Source of the DNA: Candidatus Freyarchaeum deiterrae
GTDB lineage: Archaea > Asgardarchaeota > Jordiarchaeia > Jordiarchaeales > Jordiarchaeaceae
Direction: 5' to 3'
NCBI GenBank assembly: GCA_037305845.1
Contig: CP147778.1
Span: 2,752,001-2,816,000 of the forward strand
Length of the DNA: 64,000 nucleotides
Of the stretch, positions 58,636 to 64,000 are shown piece after piece. The notes beneath the pieces were generated by a model, which ran no database searches, was not told the origin of the DNA, and saw only the letters and a program-made list of their open reading frames with translations. Each line of letters opens with the position of its first letter. Positions within the stretch are counted from its first letter, which is position 1. The position numbers were made by a program, and so were the translations under genes.

Positions 58636-59148
58636 TCATTTATGCGGCGGCTTATTCCAATCGAAGGGCTTGCCTGTTTTCGGGTCTATTATGGTTGGGT
58701 CGTTCCAAGGTCTGCGGCCCTCATCTGGATTCTTATAATCATACAACCTATTGGAAAGGTAAACTGTTAAAGACGGCTCGTTGCTAACCGTTTTGGTACC
58801 ATGCCAGCAGAAGCCGGGAATTCTAACCACTTGTAATTTCTTTTCACTGGATACTATCTCCACGAGCTTACCCTTGCTTGGAGAACCATCCCTATCATCA
58901 TAAGCACAAATTTTCTGTGCTCCCTTCAAAACCAAGTAATAATCTATCTGACCCCTTAAATGGCGATGCCACGCTCTAATTATTCCGGGATAGCTAGAAC
59001 TAATATTTACTTGTATTATCTCATCCTCATCCAGAAGCTCTTTCCAGTCTCTCCTCAACACCTCTGAAAAGAAGCCTCTCTCATCGGGAAGTATCCCCAA
59101 GTTGTAAGTTTTCACACCAGGAAGATCATACTCTTTAACTTCAACCAT
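58636..59148 (-). CDS. rmlC: dTDP-4-dehydrorhamnose 3,5-epimerase family
   Basis: DERGFFSE, Q.NIS.S.PG..RAWH.H, D.R.GSP and IPGFCWHG motifs. Confidence 0.9.
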   Translation of the reverse strand: MVEVKEYDLPGVKTYNLGILPDERGFFSEVLRRDWKELLDEDEIIQVNISSSYPGIIRAWHRHLRGQIDYYLVLKGAQKICAYDDRDGSPSKGKLVEIVSSEKKLQVVRIPGFCWHGTKTVSNEPSLTVYLSNRLYDYKNPDEGRRPWNDPTIIDPKTGKPFDWNKPPHK

Positions 59149-59419
59149 CTATTCACCACCTTTACGTCCAGAGTTATTCTTGACCAGCTTAACATAGGAG
59201 TTTCATGACTGTTTATATTTTCTCCGCTCTTACCTTTAAAAGGTAAAAACACATTCCTATTTCCACTATTAATTCTTTTCGCAAACATTAGCATATTAAA
59301 ACCCCGAAAAATATTCATCTTTTCATTGAGAACACCCTACCAAGTTTCACCAAACAAATTCTAACAAGTTACTGTCCAACAAAAACCATTAAAAACAGCT
59401 CTCGATTATTTTAATTGAT

Positions 59420-60190
59420 ATGAATGGGCGTGGGAAAAACATGAAGCGCGAAGTCTCCGAATCTCAATGTTACGTGGCCCTAGGAGACAGCATGCTAATT
59501 GACTACTACGCCGGCGGACTAGGATGGGGTACAGCGTCGCTGCTTTACAAGAATCTGGACGACGTTTATTCCGACTGGAAGGGGAAAGATTTGGCTACCC
59601 TCTATCCGGGAATAAGGCATTACGACCTAACGTCTGATGGAGCCACCACCGACACGGTGCTTAACTGGCAGCTTCCCAAAGTCCCCACCGGAGAAAACCA
59701 ACCTACAATAATCGTCATGACGGTCGGAGGAAATGACCTCCTACATCACTACGGAGTGCAAGAAGAAAAAGGATTAAAACTAAGCCAAGAAATGCAGAAA
59801 AACCTTCGAAAAATCATAACCCTCCTGCAAGACCCAGCAAAATTTCCCAAGCCTGCCCGAATATACATAGGAAACATTTACGACCCCTCAGACGGAATCG
59901 GCGAAGGCTTAGAAAAAGAAGGGTACTCACCCTGGCCAGACGGATTAAAGGTCCTAGACCACTGGAACAAAAGAATCCAAGAAGTAGCCCAAGAAAAAAA
60001 CCTAACACTGGTAGACATTCATGAACACTTTCTAGGCCACGGGGTAAACCACGACGAACCAAAAGGCAAATACTACAATCAAAAAGACAACACTACATGG
60101 TTGAGACTCGTCATTGAACCCAATTCACTAGGCGCACACGAAATAAGAAAACTGTTCTGGGAAAAAATCTACAAGGATTCCGTGGAATAA
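59420..60190 (+). CDS. SGNH/GDSL hydrolase family protein
   Basis: YVALGDS, GATT and TVGGND motifs. Block V is IEPN rather than DxxHPN. Confidence 0.8.
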   Translation: MNGRGKNMKREVSESQCYVALGDSMLIDYYAGGLGWGTASLLYKNLDDVYSDWKGKDLATLYPGIRHYDLTSDGATTDTVLNWQLPKVPTGENQPTIIVMTVGGNDLLHHYGVQEEKGLKLSQEMQKNLRKIITLLQDPAKFPKPARIYIGNIYDPSDGIGEGLEKEGYSPWPDGLKVLDHWNKRIQEVAQEKNLTLVDIHEHFLGHGVNHDEPKGKYYNQKDNTTWLRLVIEPNSLGAHEIRKLFWEKIYKDSVE

Positions 60191-60631
60191 GCCTCTTCTA
60201 AAACAGAGTACTTTTACTTTTATATCTAGGAGAGCTAAACCTTTCCCTATTAAAAGGAAAACTTTTTGAGCTTACAGTATTGCTGCAAAAAATTTCTGAA
60301 TGTATAAAAATGATTTACAATTATTAAACCATTATTAGTGATTTATTTTCAAATTACAAAACAGTAAATTTAAATATTAAAACGATTAGATGTAATTTGG
60401 CGCCAAATGCGCTTCTATACTCTAAAATATAGGTTTTCGGTTCTTGTTTGAGGGATTAGCGTAGCATATTACAGTATTTTTGCTAATTTTTTGGTCTGTG
60501 AATATCTGCCGTAAAGTTAAGACGTTTTCCCGAAAAATTTAAATAGAAAGCCAAAGCAATTTCTTGAATCATAAGGAGGTCATATTATAAAAAATTGGGA
60601 GATAAAATATCTGGTTTTCGGAGGAGATTAG

Positions 60632-63600
60632 TTGAAGCACAAAAAGATATTACTAAGCCTCATAATAATCGCCTCACTACTAACAGGAATACTAGTAACA
60701 ACACTTCTACAACCACAGCAAACCTCACCACTCATACCACCAACAGGAACAACACCAATACAGATGGCGAAAACACCAACTATATCTAGCCTCACACAAG
60801 AAAATTTAACATTATATCCTTCAGCCCTACATAACTCGACTAACGCAATAGCAATAGATTCTTTTAGCCAACAATTCTTCAGCCTGTCCACTCCAAGTAA
60901 CTCATACATCGCCGCGACAGCTGCTTTAATACAATCACACGTTGCTCAACAGGCTCCAAACACCCAAACAAACATATCCGACACAACGATTTCCACAATA
61001 CTAAAAGTTCCATTTTCCCAAATGTGGAACCAAACCATAGGCGGTACAATTGTTCTCATAGCGATTAACGATCCGAGGGCACAAATTGATGCTATCAACT
61101 ATGCAACCCAGCTTTTCAACTCATTCCAATCAGCACTAAAGACTTTTGGAATAAGTGTCCAAGCAAATGGCAGCGCCTACATAATCTACCCCCCAGATTC
61201 GCCCACAGACACCATAGGGGGCGTTGTGAAGTTTACCACACTTAACAGTTCAACCACAGTTTATAATATTTTGAACGGAATCATCCCAGCTGGCACCTTC
61301 GCAAAGACCCTAGCCAATGAGAGCTCACCAAGCCACCTCATTCAAATCATAGACGGAAAAAGCCCCCCAGTGAAAATCACTTCAGCTGTTTTAAGTGTTG
61401 GAGCTACTATTGAAGGCAAAATAGGACAGAGCGGAAGCAACTACACCTTTAGCACAAGAAACCTGCTCAACATATCACAAGGCAAAAACATAACATTACA
61501 AGCATCTCCTTGTGGGATCAATATCACGCTTCCAACCGGCAGCAACATCACAAACAAATACCCCTCAACAGCAAATATTACAACAACGCCACCCTCCATA
61601 TCTTACGGTATAAGTACGGGGACTCTTAATATCACGGATCTTAACGTTACATACAAAGTTCTTACACAAGAAAGTTTAACAGAATGGCCTTCAGCCCTAC
61701 CGACTGACGCAGTAGCGATGGACAATTTTAACGAAACCTTCTTCAACCTGCCCACCCTAAGTGGCCAATACATCACCAAGACATTTGCTTTTATACAACC
61801 ACACTTTGCTCAACAGACTCAAAATAACCAAACAAACATATTCAACACAATGATTCCCCTAAAACAACTAAATGTTTCAATTTCCCAAATGTGGAACCAA
61901 ACCATAGGCGGCGCAATTGTTTTTATAAATAGTTCCGATCCTAACGCAAGTATTGATGCCATCAGCAATGCAACCCAGCTTTTCAACGAATTCCAAGCAG
62001 AACTAAGCACTTTTGGAATAATTGCCCAAGCAAATGGCAACGCCTACTCAGCAAATAGCTCGCTCTTCCCAGGCACCATACTGGGCATTCAGTGGTTTGC
62101 CACACTTAACAGCTCAGCCACGGTTTATAGTATTTTGAACGGAATCATCCCAGCTAACACCTTCGCAAAGACCATAGCCGGCGAGAGTTCACCAAGCCAC
62201 CTCATTCAAATCGCAGATGAAATGAATAACATGACGGGAAACGTTTCACAAAATTCTTGGTTAAGTGTTGGAGCTACTATTGCTGGCCAAATAGGACAGA
62301 GCGGAATCAACTCCACCTTCAGCACAAGAACCCTGCTCAACATATCACCAGGCAGCAACATAACATCACAAGCACCTTCTAGTTACATCAATATCACGCT
62401 TCCAACCGGCAGCAACATCACAAACAAATACCCCCCAACAGCAAGTAATACAACAACGCCACCCTCCATATCTTACGGTAGTAGTACGGGGACTCTTAAT
62501 ATCACGGATGTTAACGTTACATACACCCTGCCCCCCCCACCTTCTGTTACTATTACTTATCCTAATACAACTATTGTTAATGCCGGTACTTTCAATGTCA
62601 CCTGGTCCAGCAGCTCGCCGAACTTAGCCTACTACCTGTTTTCCATCGACGGCGTAACTCCAGTCAACGTGGGTCTAGCCACCAGCTACCCCGTTAGTGG
62701 TCTGTCTGACAGTTCTCACAGTGTGAACGTTACCGTGGTTAACCTAGCTGGTCTCTCCGGCTACAGCGTTTACTCGTTCAACGTGACGTATCCTTCTGTT
62801 ACTATTACTTACCCTAGCGATGGTTCTTGGCTTCCTTCCGGTACTTTCAACGTCACCTGGTCCAGCAGCTCGCAGGACTTAGCCTACTACCTGATTTCTG
62901 TCGACGGCAAAACTCCATTCAACGTGGGTTTAGCCACCAGCTACTCTGTTAGTGGTCTGTCTGACGGTCCTCACAATGTAAGCGTTACCGTGGTTAACCA
63001 GCATGGTCTCAACGGTTCCAGCGTTAACTCATTCCATGTGTTCTCCACTGCGCCTTCTGTTACCATTACTTACCCTAGCAGTGGTTCTTGGCTTTCTTAC
63101 GGTACTTTCACCGTCACTTGGTCCAGCAGCTCGCCGTACTTAACCTACTACCTGGTTTCTGTCGACACCAATGCTCCAGTCAACGTGAGTTCAACCACCA
63201 CCAGCCTCCTCGTTAATGGTCTGCTTGACGGTTCTCACAGTGTGAACGTTACCGCGGTTAACCTGGCCGGTCTCTCCGGCTCCAGCGTTAAATCGTTCAA
63301 CGTGTTCTCCATTACGCCTTCTGTTACTATTACTTATCCTAGCGATGGTTCTTGGCTTTCTTACGGTACTTTCACCGTCACCTGGTCCAGCAGCTCTGCG
63401 AACTTAGCCTACTACAATGTCTCTGTCGACGGCGCAGCTCCATTCAACGTGGGTTTAGCCACCAGCTACTCTGTTAGTGGTCTGTCTGACGGTCCTCACA
63501 ATGTAAGCGTTACCGCGGTTAACCTGGCTGGTCTCTCCGACTCCAGCGTTAACTACTTAGGTGTGGACACTGCTCCACCCACGGTGAGTATCACCTCGCC

Positions 63601-64000
63601 CGGCAGTGGTGTGTTTCTTAAGGATACCAGCAGTGTTACTGTGAACTGGACCGGAAGCGACGCCACCTCAGACATAGCCTACTTTGAGGTCAGTATTAAT
63701 AGCGGTGCTTGGATCAATGTGTCTGAAGATAATTTCACCTATACTTTCACCAATATCACAAACGGCAATAATACCGTGAACGTAACGGCCTTCGACCTTG
63801 CGGGTAACAGCGCCACCGCCTCAGTAACCTTCTCAGTGAGCTTACCCCAAACAGCCCTAGCATCTTCACTGATTTTAATGAGTTTGACGCCGAAGCAGAA
63901 TGTTCCACTGACTTATCTTGCTGGTGTCGCAGTGGCTATTATGGTCGCCTCTGCGGTTCTGGTGTTGAGGAGAAAATATACCGTTGTTCCCAGAGATAGA
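60632..64000 (+). CDS. Large secreted, C-terminally TM-anchored surface glycoprotein with duplicated N-domains and tandem Ig/FN3-like repeats (partial at window end)
   Basis: Not in the ORF track. TTG 60632 follows GGAGG; signal peptide (M)KHKKILLSLIIIASLL; many N-x-S/T sequons; ends ...LAGVAVAIMVASAVLVLRRKYTVVPRDR, in frame at the window end. Confidence 0.85.
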   Translation, partial: MKHKKILLSLIIIASLLTGILVTTLLQPQQTSPLIPPTGTTPIQMAKTPTISSLTQENLTLYPSALHNSTNAIAIDSFSQQFFSLSTPSNSYIAATAALIQSHVAQQAPNTQTNISDTTISTILKVPFSQMWNQTIGGTIVLIAINDPRAQIDAINYATQLFNSFQSALKTFGISVQANGSAYIIYPPDSPTDTIGGVVKFTTLNSSTTVYNILNGIIPAGTFAKTLANESSPSHLIQIIDGKSPPVKITSAVLSVGATIEGKIGQSGSNYTFSTRNLLNISQGKNITLQASPCGINITLPTGSNITNKYPSTANITTTPPSISYGISTGTLNITDLNVTYKVLTQESLTEWPSALPTDAVAMDNFNETFFNLPTLSGQYITKTFAFIQPHFAQQTQNNQTNIFNTMIPLKQLNVSISQMWNQTIGGAIVFINSSDPNASIDAISNATQLFNEFQAELSTFGIIAQANGNAYSANSSLFPGTILGIQWFATLNSSATVYSILNGIIPANTFAKTIAGESSPSHLIQIADEMNNMTGNVSQNSWLSVGATIAGQIGQSGINSTFSTRTLLNISPGSNITSQAPSSYINITLPTGSNITNKYPPTASNTTTPPSISYGSSTGTLNITDVNVTYTLPPPPSVTITYPNTTIVNAGTFNVTWSSSSPNLAYYLFSIDGVTPVNVGLATSYPVSGLSDSSHSVNVTVVNLAGLSGYSVYSFNVTYPSVTITYPSDGSWLPSGTFNVTWSSSSQDLAYYLISVDGKTPFNVGLATSYSVSGLSDGPHNVSVTVVNQHGLNGSSVNSFHVFSTAPSVTITYPSSGSWLSYGTFTVTWSSSSPYLTYYLVSVDTNAPVNVSSTTTSLLVNGLLDGSHSVNVTAVNLAGLSGSSVKSFNVFSITPSVTITYPSDGSWLSYGTFTVTWSSSSANLAYYNVSVDGAAPFNVGLATSYSVSGLSDGPHNVSVTAVNLAGLSDSSVNYLGVDTAPPTVSITSPGSGVFLKDTSSVTVNWTGSDATSDIAYFEVSINSGAWINVSEDNFTYTFTNITNGNNTVNVTAFDLAGNSATASVTFSVSLPQTALASSLILMSLTPKQNVPLTYLAGVAVAIMVASAVLVLRRKYTVVPRDR
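60791..62530 (+). repeat. Two ~870-bp intragenic domain repeats (starts 60791, 61661)
   Basis: Shared blocks such as CAAATGTGGAACCAAACCATAGGCGG and AATATCACGCTTCCAACCGGCAGCAACATCACAAACAAATACCCC. Confidence 0.9.
62540..63840 (+). repeat. Four near-identical plus one divergent Ig/FN3-like repeats (starts 62540, 62792, 63053, 63317, 63578)
   Basis: Each of the first four begins CCTTCTGTTAC (PSVTITYP). Unit lengths are 252, 261, 264 and 261 bp. Confidence 0.92.

Noticed and set aside
62540-63840. Tandem repeats as a CRISPR array
   Set aside because: Units are ~260 bp, in frame and protein-coding, with no repeat-spacer structure.

Overview
Archaeal chromosomal segment, most consistent with an Asgard archaeon. 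This assignment is inferred from tandem Rab-like GTPases, a roadblock protein, MIT and PH/GRAM domains, archaeal DUF2070, FwdF- and FdhB-like proteins, TATA/BRE promoters and GGAGG/GGTGA ribosome-binding sites. The window holds about 55 genes: redox (FdhB-like, decayed mvhD/vhuD, polyferredoxins), DNA repair (Nth, Mpg, macrodomain, DUF763), metabolism (CoA-transferase-like pair, homocitrate synthase family, ArcE/cDPGS-like NTPase, GH31), membrane proteins, rhamnose glycosylation genes and a large repetitive surface glycoprotein that runs off the end. The main observations are: (1) a 6-14 kb cluster of eukaryote-like membrane-biology proteins (MIT-PLD fusion with MITD1 architecture, a CCDC47/PAT-complex-like protein, a GRAM/GLUE-like PH + Zn-ribbon protein, a cyclin-fold protein); (2) two Rab-like paralogues sharing a 101-bp near-identical switch-II tract; (3) a UGA-containing mvhD pseudogene with a possible SECIS remnant; (4) several CTG/ACG start codons; (5) two unannotated tandem small peptides with a shared core motif; (6) two candidate structured ncRNAs. 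All family assignments are from motif recognition by eye, and no searches were run. No CRISPR array, rRNA or intact tRNA was seen.
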